A stretch of DNA of 64,000 nt from an uncultured Planctomycetia bacterium (GCA_964650515.1 CAZYUB010000001.1:1726-65725); one strand, 5' to 3'; shown: positions 22,995 through 34,256, numbered from the stretch's first letter. Made by a program: numbers and translations. Notes: generated by a model not told the origin, from the sequence alone.

Positions 22995-24176
22995 TTATTT
23001 TATGCCCCCTTCGAATATCTTCTCCAGGTCCCTTATGTTATTTTCCCAGTTGAAATTTTCTTCTGCATATCTTCTCGACATCAACGACAACCTTTCCCTG
23101 AGAGACCTGTCTTCCATTATCTTTACGACGTTCCCGGCAAAACCTTCGGGGGAATCCGACGTCAACACCCCGGTATCCCGCCCCGCCTGCATCCATTGGG
23201 TAGATATCATCGTAGATACCACCGGCAGTCCCATCGCCATGGCTTCCATAACTTTATTCTGCATGCCGGTAGCCGCCCTTATCGGGCAAACGAGAGCGGC
23301 GGCATCGCCCAGATGCGCCCTCGTATCTTCAACGGGTCCGGTAACAAACACATTACTGCCGTCCGCAAGCTTTTTTATCTTCTCCGGCGGATTGGACCCG
23401 ACTATATAAAAAACGGCGCCGGGCCGCGCCCTTTTTACGGCGGGAAAGATCTTATCGTGGAAATATAATACCGCATCCCTGTTCGGAAAACTATGTAAAT
23501 TGCCTATAAACGCTATCTTGTTATCGTCGTAGGCCTTCTTAGAAGGGCTGAAATACTTGAGATCTACGCCGTTCGGGATGATGGATATGCTCTTTTCCGA
23601 GGCAAGCGCTTTTTCTGACCTTAGGTCCGCATCCGAGATTAGCAGCGCCCTGTCGAAGGAGCGCACGGCTTCCGGTTCGTACCTGCGGACCTTGAGCCAC
23701 TCGACCAGGTAGAACAGGTAGAAGACGTGCTTCCTGTATTTCAGCGACCTGTATAAGCTCAGGGACAACGAGTCGGTAAGGTCGAGGACCCTTCCCGCAT
23801 CCTTGCGGCCACTGGCATATTGCGCCATCCTGAGCAGGTGGACGTAAATGCCGTCATATTTTTCGGATGACATCATGCTATCCGCCTTGTCGCGCATCCT
23901 GCTTTCCTTGTAATAGGCGACCTGGAAAGGCACGGCCGTCGGTGACAATAGCAGGCATTTGACGTAGGAATCGACGGGCTTCAAAAGCACGGTCTCTATG
24001 CGCGCGCAATACTTGCCCAGCTCGCCGAGATATTTTTTTTCTTCTTCGGATTCGATGAAAGATAACAGGTGTATGGTATGCCCGGCGGAAAGGTACTTGA
24101 TGAAATTGAACACCCTGAGCTTATCCCCGCCGTAAGGCGGATAGGGCAAGCGCGACGTCAGGAATAATATTTTCAC
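22995..24176 (-). CDS. GT4-family glycosyltransferase (possibly the PEP-CTERM/EpsH1-associated sugar transferase type)
   Basis: GT-B fold with a conserved C-terminal E-x7-E region. Confidence 0.65.
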   Translation of the reverse strand: MKILFLTSRLPYPPYGGDKLRVFNFIKYLSAGHTIHLLSFIESEEEKKYLGELGKYCARIETVLLKPVDSYVKCLLLSPTAVPFQVAYYKESRMRDKADSMMSSEKYDGIYVHLLRMAQYASGRKDAGRVLDLTDSLSLSLYRSLKYRKHVFYLFYLVEWLKVRRYEPEAVRSFDRALLISDADLRSEKALASEKSISIIPNGVDLKYFSPSKKAYDDNKIAFIGNLHSFPNRDAVLYFHDKIFPAVKRARPGAVFYIVGSNPPEKIKKLADGSNVFVTGPVEDTRAHLGDAAALVCPIRAATGMQNKVMEAMAMGLPVVSTMISTQWMQAGRDTGVLTSDSPEGFAGNVVKIMEDRSLRERLSLMSRRYAEENFNWENNIRDLEKIFEGGIK

Positions 24177-24190
24177 CGGTTCACCATATA

Positions 24191-25324
24191 TTAAGGTATC
24201 GGCATTCTGCTTGAATCCCGTATTATTTTGACTATCCTTTTGGCGGCACTGCCATCGCCATAGGGATTCGCCGCTTTTGACATTCTATCGTAGGCCTTTT
24301 TCGAATCCAACAGCATTTTTACCGATGATACTACCCTGTCCTTCTCCATACCGACAAGCATGGCATTTCCCGCCCTGATGCCTTCGGGCCGCTCCGTCAC
24401 TTCTCTCATGACCAAGACCGGCTTGCCTAGAGAAGGCGCCTCTTCCTGCACACCTCCCGAGTCTGTCAATACTATATGGCAATGCTTCATGAGATGGACG
24501 AAAAGTTCGTACTCGATAGGCTCTATGAGGTGTATATTTTTTATCCCGGTCAATATCCTGTTTACCGGAGCCTGGACGTTAGGGTTCAGGTGGACGGGAT
24601 ATACTATCTCAACATCGTAAAGTCGCGCGATTTCCTTAAGCGCATTACATATCGATTCCAGCGGCCTGCCGAAACTTTCCCTCCTGTGGGCAGTGACAAG
24701 GATTATCTTCTTGTTTTCGGAAATTATCCTCCGCAATAGGGGCTCTTTGAATACATATTTTCTTTTCGCGATATCCACAAGCGAATCTATGACGGTATTT
24801 CCCGTTATATATATCTTTGAAGGCGGTATGCCTTCCCTTACAAGGTTATTCTTGGCGTTAACGGTGGGTGCAAAATGCAGGTCCGCAATGACGCTTACGA
24901 TCCTTCTGTTCATCTCCTCCGGGAACGGCCTATATTTATCGTCCGTTCTAAGCCCGGCTTCAATGTGCCCGACCTTAATCTTCAGATAATATGCCGCAAG
25001 GCTAGCGGTAAACGCTGTCGTTGTGTCTCCCTGGACAAGCACAAGATCCGGCCTTTCTTTTTTCAATATGTCTTCGAGTTTCTTCAGGCAGCGTCCCGTA
25101 ACATCGAAAAGCGTCTGGTTCGGCCTCATTATATTAAGATCGAAATCCGCCCTAATATTAAAAAGTTCCAGGAACTGGTCGACCATCTTCCTGTGTTGCG
25201 CGCTTATTATTACTTTGGACTCTATCGAGTCCGGATGCCTTCTCAGTTCCTTTACAACCGGCGCCGACTTTATCACCTCGGGGCGCGTCCCAAATACCGA
25301 GATGACTTTTAATTTTCTGGGCAT
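24191..25324 (-). CDS. wecB: UDP-N-acetylglucosamine 2-epimerase (non-hydrolysing)
   Basis: N-terminus KVISVFGTRPEVIKSAPV and overall length typical of WecB/MnaA. Confidence 0.85.
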   Translation of the reverse strand: MPRKLKVISVFGTRPEVIKSAPVVKELRRHPDSIESKVIISAQHRKMVDQFLELFNIRADFDLNIMRPNQTLFDVTGRCLKKLEDILKKERPDLVLVQGDTTTAFTASLAAYYLKIKVGHIEAGLRTDDKYRPFPEEMNRRIVSVIADLHFAPTVNAKNNLVREGIPPSKIYITGNTVIDSLVDIAKRKYVFKEPLLRRIISENKKIILVTAHRRESFGRPLESICNALKEIARLYDVEIVYPVHLNPNVQAPVNRILTGIKNIHLIEPIEYELFVHLMKHCHIVLTDSGGVQEEAPSLGKPVLVMREVTERPEGIRAGNAMLVGMEKDRVVSSVKMLLDSKKAYDRMSKAANPYGDGSAAKRIVKIIRDSSRMPIP

Positions 25325-25342
25325 GATATTACCTCCGTATAA

Positions 25343-27007
25343 TTATCGCCAAGAAGCTTCGGCGGCATATTTTATGTTATCGAAATTCCCTTCCCAATCA
25401 TACCAGGTAGTCTCTATGATTCCCAGGCAGTTTTTTCTCCCCCTGGCTATCCCGGCCCAATCGGATATATTCCGCTTGTTTTTCCAGCCGGCCACAAGAT
25501 ACTTGAACTGTTTTGAATCAAAGAAATCCGAGCTCTTTATGCAGAAGCTCCTGTCGGGATCATATGCCGCTGTCATCAGTATTATATCATCGGGTATGTA
25601 GTCGATGGCCGCATATGCCTCTCCCGGCATGCCTTCGTATTTCGAATTGAACGCAGGATCTCCCCCGTTATAATAAGGGTTTAACATGTCGTTCCACATC
25701 AATACCTGTACTTCTTCGTCTATATTCTTTATTATACCGTATAGCCTGTTTACGTCCTCGGCGAGGATTTGCGCATTGCTCATGTTCCTGTCGCGGCAAC
25801 GTTTATCCCTGTTCATTCCTCTTATTTCATCATGGCCAATACTTATGTATTTTGGCTTCAGGATGCTCATTACGTTCTGCAGAGTTTTTGACATTATATC
25901 GTATGTCCTCTCGGATGAAGGACAATACGTCTGCGAGGAATCCGGTAAATCAAACGAAGGTTTATTCTCTATGTAAGTATACGATACCGATATGCTCTCG
26001 CCTTCACCTATCCTGCCGCTTGGAATCCTTGTAATACCGGCTGGTGAAGTACCCGCTTTGAAAGGAAAGCGCGGAATCGCGAGTTTTACTTCGTAATCAT
26101 AACCCTCAGCATACGTATTCTTACGGTCCTTGCTCTTTACCAATATTTCGTCTGAGCCGTCTCTTATAACATTCGCGAACGGCTGGCCATCAACAGGACG
26201 TGCAAAATCTCCCACAAACTGGAATTCCCTATTCTCCACCCTGATGCCTTCGGCGGAATAGGGATCTTGGGAAATAATCCCCTGAGCAGACGCAAAGCTA
26301 AGCACCTCCGGAACCGGCTCAAGATAACGTTCCCTCGCGAATCTGAAGATATCCTCCATCATGACCCTGTTTTCCCCTTGCCCTAGGTCAAAATATACTT
26401 GAGATTCTATGATCACCATATTGTACTTAAGCCTAGCGACCTTTTCTATCTGCTCCTTAACTTTTTCTGGATTTATCCCGCTAAAATGGACTGCACGAAT
26501 CCCTATCGCCGGATAATCGGTTATTTTACATAATGGTACATATACCTTGCCTTTATCCTCGCTTACCAACTGGCACAACGTCTGTATACCGTAGAAAGCT
26601 CCTCTGGGCGTATTCGAAAGTATTTCTATATTACCCGGCGAAACCTTCAATACATATCCTTCCTTTACCGACGAAGAAAGCTCTTTTACTTCAGGCTTAC
26701 CGAAACATATGCGGTGCTCTTTCCTTGCACCAGCAGCGCCGTCGAGCTTCAATACCAGGCCGAACTGATCGCTTATCCTGTCTGAAAGGTATGCGGACAA
26801 TCGACAGTTGTCTTCGTCTTTCATATCCTGTATTATACCCCAATTATCAGAGATGACCGCGCTGCCTTCGCCCGTTTCGACCTTCTGAGGGGCGGGAAAC
26901 GCCTTTATCGGGTCCGCTGCATAAGAAACCGCTGCGACTCCCAGCAGTAAAAGCGTTGATATGCAGACTATCGTACTAACTTTGCCAAAGGATCTGTTAT
27001 TTTTCAC
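25343..27007 (-). CDS. Secreted GH20-like (beta-N-acetylhexosaminidase-like) protein
   Basis: Signal peptide. N-terminal domain resembles GH20 domain 2 (…GAFYGIQTLCQL) and the central IGHDEI resembles the GH20 H-x-G-G-D-E catalytic motif. Weak assignment. Confidence 0.4.
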   Translation of the reverse strand: MKNNRSFGKVSTIVCISTLLLLGVAAVSYAADPIKAFPAPQKVETGEGSAVISDNWGIIQDMKDEDNCRLSAYLSDRISDQFGLVLKLDGAAGARKEHRICFGKPEVKELSSSVKEGYVLKVSPGNIEILSNTPRGAFYGIQTLCQLVSEDKGKVYVPLCKITDYPAIGIRAVHFSGINPEKVKEQIEKVARLKYNMVIIESQVYFDLGQGENRVMMEDIFRFARERYLEPVPEVLSFASAQGIISQDPYSAEGIRVENREFQFVGDFARPVDGQPFANVIRDGSDEILVKSKDRKNTYAEGYDYEVKLAIPRFPFKAGTSPAGITRIPSGRIGEGESISVSYTYIENKPSFDLPDSSQTYCPSSERTYDIMSKTLQNVMSILKPKYISIGHDEIRGMNRDKRCRDRNMSNAQILAEDVNRLYGIIKNIDEEVQVLMWNDMLNPYYNGGDPAFNSKYEGMPGEAYAAIDYIPDDIILMTAAYDPDRSFCIKSSDFFDSKQFKYLVAGWKNKRNISDWAGIARGRKNCLGIIETTWYDWEGNFDNIKYAAEASWR

Positions 27008-28208
27008 GATAGATACTTTCGGTTTTCAACGACACCGCTTCCCAGGAGTAGTTATCCTCCGCATATTTCCTCAGTTCTCGGGACCTTCCCGAATAATATT
27101 CTTTTTTATCAAGATATTTCAACATGCCTTTGGCCATTTCCCTAACCCCTGTCCCGGTAAAAAGCATGCCATCGTCGATCTTTCCCAGTATTTCCGGGGT
27201 TGCGCCTACCGGAGTACCGAGGACCGGTATTCCGCAGGATAGGGCCTCTATGGTAACAAGGCCGAACCATTCATCTTGTTCGCTTGGGACAACAAATATA
27301 TCGCAAGACTGGTAATAACCAGGCATTTTGGCGGCCTCGACCGCTCCTTTCAGCATTACGTTATCCTTGAGCCCCTCATCTTCTATTATACCGAGAAGCT
27401 TATCTCGCAGAAAACCGTCCCCGAGTATCATGAGAAACGCCCCTTTCTCCTTATCGACAACATGCCTGAATGCACGGATAAGGTTCTCCAGCCCCATGCG
27501 CGCCACAAGCCTTCTTGCGGTAAGAAATATTACGCCGTCTTCCGGAATAGATAGCTCCGCTCTCTTCGCCCCCTTTTCCGCGTATGGAGAGAACCTGGCC
27601 GTGTCGACACCTCCGGGAACCAACTCTATCATTTTTTCATCCTGACCGTATGTCCCCGTCAGGTATCCTTTGCTGAACATGCTCAATACAACAATAACAG
27701 AGGCGTGCTTGAGGCACTCTATCTCGATCCAACGGATCAATGATATCGCTATGCCGTCCAGGATCCTCGGGAAATACCTCCTCTTCCTTATCTGGACTTT
27801 TACGTCTTCCGACATGGACGAATGAAATGTATAGACCTTGCGCGCATTCCTGCAGGCCGGCGAACGGCTAATTCCGAATGCAGGCAATGGGTGATGAAAA
27901 TTGACCACATCGAATCCGATCTTTCTCTGGAGCACACGGAACAGCGCCCTTGAATTAAGTATGCTGGCGATCGGTCTTAAAACAAAAAGAAGCGGGCCAT
28001 GGAGCGCCGTACCATATCTAAAGACCTTTATCCCGTCGATTATCTCGTGCGATAACACGCTCTTGCCCGTCTTTATCGTAAGTACGTATACGTCATGCCC
28101 GCGTTCCGCCATATTCTTGGACAAGTTATATACGTACGTATGGGCGCCTCCGAACCCGTCGGGATAAAACCCCTCTGTTACCATAAGCACCTTCAACTTA
28201 CTGTCCAT
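26997..28208 (-). CDS. GT4-family glycosyltransferase
   Basis: GT-B fold with N-terminal glycine-rich YPDGFGGAHTY motif and conserved C-terminal region. Confidence 0.7.
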   Translation of the reverse strand: MDSKLKVLMVTEGFYPDGFGGAHTYVYNLSKNMAERGHDVYVLTIKTGKSVLSHEIIDGIKVFRYGTALHGPLLFVLRPIASILNSRALFRVLQRKIGFDVVNFHHPLPAFGISRSPACRNARKVYTFHSSMSEDVKVQIRKRRYFPRILDGIAISLIRWIEIECLKHASVIVVLSMFSKGYLTGTYGQDEKMIELVPGGVDTARFSPYAEKGAKRAELSIPEDGVIFLTARRLVARMGLENLIRAFRHVVDKEKGAFLMILGDGFLRDKLLGIIEDEGLKDNVMLKGAVEAAKMPGYYQSCDIFVVPSEQDEWFGLVTIEALSCGIPVLGTPVGATPEILGKIDDGMLFTGTGVREMAKGMLKYLDKKEYYSGRSRELRKYAEDNYSWEAVSLKTESIYREK

Positions 28209-29352
28209 TAGTTTGATTCGACCCCTTTTTGGCTATTTCGCTGTATAGATTCTCATGCTTGCGGACCATCGCGTTAAGGGAGAATATTTCTTCCACCCTC
28301 CTGCGCCCGGACAGGCCCATGCGGCGGGCTTTCTCCCTGTTCCTTATCAGCTCCATTATTGCCTGCGCGAACGATCTGCAGTCCTTCGGCGCGATTAAGA
28401 ATCCGGTCTCGCCGTTTACGACAAGCTCCGACACCCCTCCGACATCGAACGATATCACCGGCTTCTCCATTGCCATCGCTTCCATGTTCACCACAGCCAA
28501 CGCCTCCGTCAGCGAAGAAAGCGCCGAGATGTCCAGATCGGCTATTATCGCCGGGACATCGGTCCTGTAACCCGTGAATATAACCTTCGATTCGATCCCG
28601 AGGGTTTTTGCTAATTTCTGCTGCTCCTGCAGTAGGGGGCCGTCCCCCACGATCAAAAACCTTGTTTCGGGTTCTTCTTTCAGCACATCTGCAGCGGCCA
28701 TAAGCAGGTATTGATGGGACTTTTGTGCGTTTATCCTGCCAATCATCCCTACGAGCGGGGCTTCTGCCGGTATGTTGTATTCAGCCCTGATTCTCCCCCT
28801 ATCCATGCTCCTGTCGTAAAGGCGGAGGTCGAGGCCTGCATATATGACTTCCAGCTTGTTCCCGTCCGCCTTTTCATATAATACAAGATCGTCGGCGATG
28901 CTCTTTGAAGCGCATATTATCTTAGCCGCAGTGGCAATGGTTATCTTGTCGAAACGAACAAAAGCGGCTCTTTTGAGCCTGCCGATAGGGGACTCGCTTA
29001 TGGAAAGATGCCTGGTAAATATCATAGGCATGCCGGCAAGCCGGCATGCTATTGCGCCGAAAAGATCGAGCCTTGGCTGGTGTGAATGCAAGACGTCTAT
29101 CTTCTTCTCCCGTAAATAGCGCTTTATCTTCAATATTGCAGCGACATCCAGGTGCATGTGCGTGTCCAGCGGCAAAACTTCCGCACCGGCTTCTTCAAAA
29201 TCTTTCCTCATGACACCTTTAGAAGCATAAGCTATCACGAAACGGAAACTCGACCTGTCTATGCTCTTTAGCATCGCGAGGAGCAGGGTCTCGGCCCCTC
29301 CAACTCCCTTGTTCTGTTCCGTAGCCGTAATAAGATGAAGCACGTTTATCAT
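28198..29352 (-). CDS. GT4-family glycosyltransferase
   Basis: GT-B fold with GVGGAETLL motif. Confidence 0.7.
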   Translation of the reverse strand: MINVLHLITATEQNKGVGGAETLLLAMLKSIDRSSFRFVIAYASKGVMRKDFEEAGAEVLPLDTHMHLDVAAILKIKRYLREKKIDVLHSHQPRLDLFGAIACRLAGMPMIFTRHLSISESPIGRLKRAAFVRFDKITIATAAKIICASKSIADDLVLYEKADGNKLEVIYAGLDLRLYDRSMDRGRIRAEYNIPAEAPLVGMIGRINAQKSHQYLLMAAADVLKEEPETRFLIVGDGPLLQEQQKLAKTLGIESKVIFTGYRTDVPAIIADLDISALSSLTEALAVVNMEAMAMEKPVISFDVGGVSELVVNGETGFLIAPKDCRSFAQAIMELIRNREKARRMGLSGRRRVEEIFSLNAMVRKHENLYSEIAKKGSNQTNGQ

Positions 29353-30758
29353 TTCGATCCGCTTTCTTCGGGTTGCATATTCAACGAGATCCCTTTCATC
29401 GCAAGTATCATGCCCAATATAATCCAGAAGAACTTCACGTGTATGGCGGCAACGAACATCGTCGAGATCAGGAACCCGAACAGCCCGATTTCCAAAGCCT
29501 GGCAGAAAACAGTCAATATGTGCTCATTCATCCTTTCCAGTATCCTTCGTGTCTCCTGCGCGTCCCTGAAGGCCCTTACTATAAGCAGGACAAAGAAAAG
29601 CAGTCCGGCGAAACCCGTTTCGGAACCTACCTCAATAAATATATTATGCTGGACAGAGGATGTCTTCGTCCTTACAAGCGGCATTTCAAAAGCTATCGGC
29701 CAATATTCCTGCCGCCACCTGCCTGTTCCTATGCCTATTACCGGATTTTTGGCCATCATCTTGGCTCCGACCATGTATCCGTCAAGCCTCGACCATATAC
29801 TGGGGTCGAGCTCCGCCATGGTAAGGGTCTGCAGCCTTTGCCATATCTTTTGCGGGACAAAAAAGAGCCCCATCGAGAATATGACCGCCAATGCGACAAG
29901 AGCCCAGATCCTTTTAGATCTGTCGACGAATTTCCAGGTGCAAAGGACTAAGACGATCGGAAGCCCCAGGAAAATAGCCCGCGAGAAGGTCAGGCCTATG
30001 ACGAATAGAAATAGGGCAAAAAACAACAGGCAGGCGACCTTCACCGCAATTCTACGGGACCTTATTATTAGCCCCACGGTGAAAGGGATGAGCAGCAAGA
30101 GACTTAAGGCAAGGTCGTTAGGGTCATTGGAAAAGCCCGTGACCCTCAGGATGCCCTCAGACATAAGCAGCCCTATCCCGTGCCTGCTCTGGTATATGGC
30201 CAGGACGGCAGTCATCGACCCCAAGATAAGCAATATAGTCACGATTATCATTATATCTTTCCTGGTCTTGGTGAGGTTGGCTATCAAGAAATAAAGCATG
30301 AATACTTTAAGGAGGTCGAGATAGTAGAATGAGCTTTCATCCCATCTTAGCACCGAGGACAATGTTACGATAAGCGCGAATACGATGAAATACGGTATCT
30401 GCCTGCTTTTGATCAGCTTGAAATCCCTGTATATCAATACGTGAAACGCCCAAACAAGGAATATGACAAAGGCGACCGCCGTGGTGATGTTCGAGTATTT
30501 GAGTCCGGGCATGAACTGCAACGGATGCAGATAGGCCGCAGCAATGAACAGAACCGCGCCGACGAAAGGGTTGAAGAGTATGCCAATGGATATTACGATT
30601 CCGAAAAATGCCGCAAGTACGATATGATAAGGAAAAATCAGAAGGGCCAGCCCCAAACAGAAGAATATAATTACGATAAACGCCTTGACAAGGGCCGGTA
30701 GCTCAAGTAACGGCCTTTCTTCGGCCTGCATATCCTGTCTGTGCTTAGCTCCGTCCAT
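29349..30758 (-). CDS. O-antigen ligase/polymerase-like membrane protein (Wzy-like)
   Basis: 469 aa with 10-12 TM helices and a large periplasmic loop, in the O-antigen ligase family architecture. Confidence 0.55.
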   Translation of the reverse strand: MDGAKHRQDMQAEERPLLELPALVKAFIVIIFFCLGLALLIFPYHIVLAAFFGIVISIGILFNPFVGAVLFIAAAYLHPLQFMPGLKYSNITTAVAFVIFLVWAFHVLIYRDFKLIKSRQIPYFIVFALIVTLSSVLRWDESSFYYLDLLKVFMLYFLIANLTKTRKDIMIIVTILLILGSMTAVLAIYQSRHGIGLLMSEGILRVTGFSNDPNDLALSLLLLIPFTVGLIIRSRRIAVKVACLLFFALFLFVIGLTFSRAIFLGLPIVLVLCTWKFVDRSKRIWALVALAVIFSMGLFFVPQKIWQRLQTLTMAELDPSIWSRLDGYMVGAKMMAKNPVIGIGTGRWRQEYWPIAFEMPLVRTKTSSVQHNIFIEVGSETGFAGLLFFVLLIVRAFRDAQETRRILERMNEHILTVFCQALEIGLFGFLISTMFVAAIHVKFFWIILGMILAMKGISLNMQPEESGSK

Positions 30759-31944
30759 TTTTCTTTATCTCTTTTTCATATATCCGCGCAAATCTTGTGG
30801 CCGCAGTCTCGTTGGAATGGTTCTTCACGACATAATCGAAAGCTGCCGAAGTCATCCTGTCTGCAAATTCTTTACCATTAAGCAGCTTAACGATATTTTC
30901 CGCGATCTCTTCGCTCGAACGCTCCGGGACTAGTATGCCCGTAATGCCGTTATCTATCATCTCCGACAGCCCGCCGATATCCGAAGCTATAACAGGAACT
31001 CTTGCCGCCATAGCTTCTATTACTGACAGGGACGTCGCTTCTTTATATCCTTTCACGTTTATCGACGGCACGAGGACGATATCCGATATTTTGTAGAACC
31101 CGGGCATCCTGTCGTATTCGGCCCCGTCTATCAGGGTCACCGATTCGATGAGTTCCTTTTCGGAGATACAATCGAGTATATTGCCCCTTTCGGGGCCGAC
31201 GCCGACTATCAGGAAGACCAAATCCGTTCTTCCGTATTTCGTCCTGAGTATCTCGGCCGCTTTTACCGCATATATTACCCCGCATTTGAGCACGAGCCTT
31301 CTCGGCACTAGGATTACTTTCTTTGACGGAATTATGCCAAGTCCTCTCTTTACCGATTCCCTGTCCAGAAGATTGAGCTTTCTCCTGAACGATTCGACAT
31401 CGATAAAGTTCTGTATGATCTCGATCTTCCCTTTCGAAAGAGGGGCCAAATCCACGACATGGTCCCTAAGCCTGGTATCTACAGACACGACGTAGTCCGC
31501 TCCTTCGTAAGACCTCTTTTCGGTATCAAGGAAGAGTTTCTTTTCGGATTCGCGTTTAATATGCCCTGCCGATTCCATCTCCTGTGCAAGTTCGCCGTGT
31601 ACCGTGATTATAAGCGGAAGCTCTGTTTTTATGCTTTTTGCCGCCGAAAACGCGATTATATCCTCCGTATTTACGATATCAGGTCTATTTTTCCGTAAAT
31701 ACCTCCCAAGCGCACGCCCCAATATGCATCCGATGGCATTCTGCCGGTAATAGACGCCGAGCCCCAGCGGGTCCAGGATCCTGCCTATCCCGCTTATTAT
31801 CAATGCGTTCAGCGCGGTCCTTTTCGGAAATATAACGTCTACGGAATGGCCAAGACCCTCAAGGCCGCTCTTTAACATCATGATGTGAGTGAACTTGCCC
31901 CCAAGCTGGGCATAATAATCTGCAGTAAGTATAAGTATCTTCAT
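30745..31944 (-). CDS. GT4-family glycosyltransferase
   Basis: GT-B fold with conserved C-terminal EATSLSVIEAMAARVPVIASDIGG. Confidence 0.7.
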   Translation of the reverse strand: MKILILTADYYAQLGGKFTHIMMLKSGLEGLGHSVDVIFPKRTALNALIISGIGRILDPLGLGVYYRQNAIGCILGRALGRYLRKNRPDIVNTEDIIAFSAAKSIKTELPLIITVHGELAQEMESAGHIKRESEKKLFLDTEKRSYEGADYVVSVDTRLRDHVVDLAPLSKGKIEIIQNFIDVESFRRKLNLLDRESVKRGLGIIPSKKVILVPRRLVLKCGVIYAVKAAEILRTKYGRTDLVFLIVGVGPERGNILDCISEKELIESVTLIDGAEYDRMPGFYKISDIVLVPSINVKGYKEATSLSVIEAMAARVPVIASDIGGLSEMIDNGITGILVPERSSEEIAENIVKLLNGKEFADRMTSAAFDYVVKNHSNETAATRFARIYEKEIKKNGRS

Positions 31945-32134
31945 GACGTAAACTCCTCTTTCATTCTCCCGAAATTCCCTAAAATAAATCGCGATAAGCC
32001 GTCGGAAGAATTACTATTCATCACTACAACGGTACGGTTGGTGCACGTCAATGTATCGAGCGACAGCGAACACTCTCTCGTATCGTTGTAATTGCTCCGG
32101 TTAATTAATAATATATATACTTTTGGTTCCACAA

Positions 32135-33457
32135 TCAACTATCCGTTACTGCGTTATTCTTGAATACCTTAATCAGCGACTGCATATCTAGGTTGACTAT
32201 CTTGATGCCGTTCCGTTTCAGCACGATGAACATTAAGACAGTTATTGCCATATGTGTTATCAACACGGAAAACGCGGCTCCGATCGCTTCGGCCTTAAGA
32301 AAATACAACGAGAAGAGCAATAACGCGATATTCAGGATGCCGCCAAAAACATAGATTCTCGCGAAATACCTGCTGAGATTGAACGGCAGCAATGCGAGGT
32401 TCGCAAAAATGTATGATACCGGCATGATAAGAATAAGCGGTGAAAGCACGCACAGGATCGTAGAGGACTTGGAATATCCCGGACCGAGTATTACCGATAC
32501 CACGCTGTTGCTCAATAAGAACACCGCTATGAAAACCGCAAGTGAAAGTATTGCGATCATTGCGAACAGCTTCCTAAGCTTTTGAACGGCTATTTCCCTC
32601 GAAACTGAAGCCGTCTTGGAAATATGCGGGTATACCGCCGCCAGTATAGGGTTAAATGCCTTGTTTACGAACGTTATCACTTTTTCGGCCGCGGAGAAGT
32701 GTCCTACTACGGTGTTATTTGTGAAAAGGCCCAATATGAAGGTGTTGCTGCTGGTATAAAGGCTTACGGAGACCGTGGAGATAAACACATGCCAGCCGTC
32801 CCTGATCACCTTTTTACAATCTTCTGCCGACGGCAATTTGAAGACGATACCGAACATCCTCGCCGCTACTACAAGGCTTATTATGCCGGCCGTGATCGAC
32901 CCGAATGAGGTTATCAGCGGTACGTAAATGAAGTCCTCTTCCCGTTTTATAAACAGGAATATCGCAATAAGGAATATCGTCCTTGCCGTCAGGTTAAGCG
33001 CTGCTATGGTTTTCATTCTTTCCATGCCCTGGAAAAGCCATATCGGGAAAAGCAGGTTCCCGACGACCGCGCCGAAGGAAAATGCGTATATGATCCAGTC
33101 TTGCCTGAATTTCGGTATGAAATACACCAGAGAGGACATTATCACGATGCTGGCAACCATCAGAACCAATTTAACAGCCGTTATGGAATTAAACATCAGG
33201 GACATTTTATGCCTGTCGTCCCTATTCACGGAGACTTCTTTAGTCGCCGAAAGGTTAAATCCGTAATCTGTAAGGATTACAAAATAGTAGGCAAGCGCCT
33301 GAGCAAAGTTCACAAGTCCGTACTTTTCAGGGCCCAGCACCCTCACGAGATAAGGCAAGGTTATGAGCGGGAAAAGATAGTTCGCCGCTTCAACCGACGA
33401 AAGGCTGAAGAAATTCGATATTAGCTGTTTCTTTTCGGCACTGAAGCTGTTGCGCAT
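32135..33457 (-). CDS. Polysaccharide flippase (Wzx-like, MOP superfamily)
   Basis: 440 aa with 12-14 TM helices and a flippase-family N-terminus. Confidence 0.65.
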   Translation of the reverse strand: MRNSFSAEKKQLISNFFSLSSVEAANYLFPLITLPYLVRVLGPEKYGLVNFAQALAYYFVILTDYGFNLSATKEVSVNRDDRHKMSLMFNSITAVKLVLMVASIVIMSSLVYFIPKFRQDWIIYAFSFGAVVGNLLFPIWLFQGMERMKTIAALNLTARTIFLIAIFLFIKREEDFIYVPLITSFGSITAGIISLVVAARMFGIVFKLPSAEDCKKVIRDGWHVFISTVSVSLYTSSNTFILGLFTNNTVVGHFSAAEKVITFVNKAFNPILAAVYPHISKTASVSREIAVQKLRKLFAMIAILSLAVFIAVFLLSNSVVSVILGPGYSKSSTILCVLSPLILIMPVSYIFANLALLPFNLSRYFARIYVFGGILNIALLLFSLYFLKAEAIGAAFSVLITHMAITVLMFIVLKRNGIKIVNLDMQSLIKVFKNNAVTDS

Positions 33458-34171
33458 TTATCCTTCTTTTCTTATTAAGAACCTGAAGTGGCCGCAAAAC
33501 AAAAGCTTCAAAAGGTTTACGTCCTTATCTGATTTGCCTGCGAATTTGCATAAAATTGTCACGGTAAAATTATACGGAGATTCTTTCTCGAAAAAACCGG
33601 AGAGGATCCCCGACAACAGCGGGATCTTGTTTGCCATGCGGGCAAAAATAAGGGTGAAGACGTCTATGCCCGGCCTTATCTCCATGATCCTCAAAGGGGT
33701 TTTGACCATACGGCTGAATCCATAGGGGGTAAAGTTATGCATGCTGAGGGAGTGGAAGGGTTCAAGGTGAGATGTGGACCCTGCAAGGAAACCGCCGTTC
33801 TTCAGCACCCTTGCGGATTCAGAGACCAGCTTCTCCGGCCTCTCGGCGTGTTCGAGGACTTGGTTGCAATAAACAAGATCGAAAGACCCGTCCGCAAATG
33901 GGATGCTGCTTCCGTCGTAAGTCATAAACACGGCGTCTTTCCTTTTTCTTGATTCCACTTCCGGGGAGGATTGTATATCAAGACCCGTCCATTCTATGCC
34001 GGAATCAATTTTTCTGAAATAGTCTACGGAATCTCCTTTCCCGCAGCCAAGGTCCAGCACTCTCTTTACAGCTCCGTATTTCATCGCTTCGTCCAGGAAA
34101 TACGTCGAAGATACCTGGCCGGGATTCTTGTTAGGTACAAAATTCGTTATTAGTTCGTCGCCTGAATACAT
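33458..34171 (-). CDS. Class I SAM-dependent methyltransferase
   Basis: Motif I VLDLGCGKGDS and post-I acidic residue. Confidence 0.7.
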   Translation of the reverse strand: MYSGDELITNFVPNKNPGQVSSTYFLDEAMKYGAVKRVLDLGCGKGDSVDYFRKIDSGIEWTGLDIQSSPEVESRKRKDAVFMTYDGSSIPFADGSFDLVYCNQVLEHAERPEKLVSESARVLKNGGFLAGSTSHLEPFHSLSMHNFTPYGFSRMVKTPLRIMEIRPGIDVFTLIFARMANKIPLLSGILSGFFEKESPYNFTVTILCKFAGKSDKDVNLLKLLFCGHFRFLIRKEG

Positions 34172-34256
34172 GCCTCTCCTCTAAAAAACAAAAAACCAAA
34201 ATCCATTAGCGCGGATCTTGGCTGCCTGATTCACCGAATATCCTCCTGGGCCCGGG

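Noticed and set aside
22437-23468. 343-aa plus-strand ORF opposite the WecA-like and GT4 genes (also 29335..30294, 35198..36064, 36734..37321, 37537..38226, 38099..38758)
   Set aside because: These are antisense to glycosyltransferase, Wzz and secretin genes with clear family motifs. Their compositions are dominated by R, P and H, as expected for artefacts.
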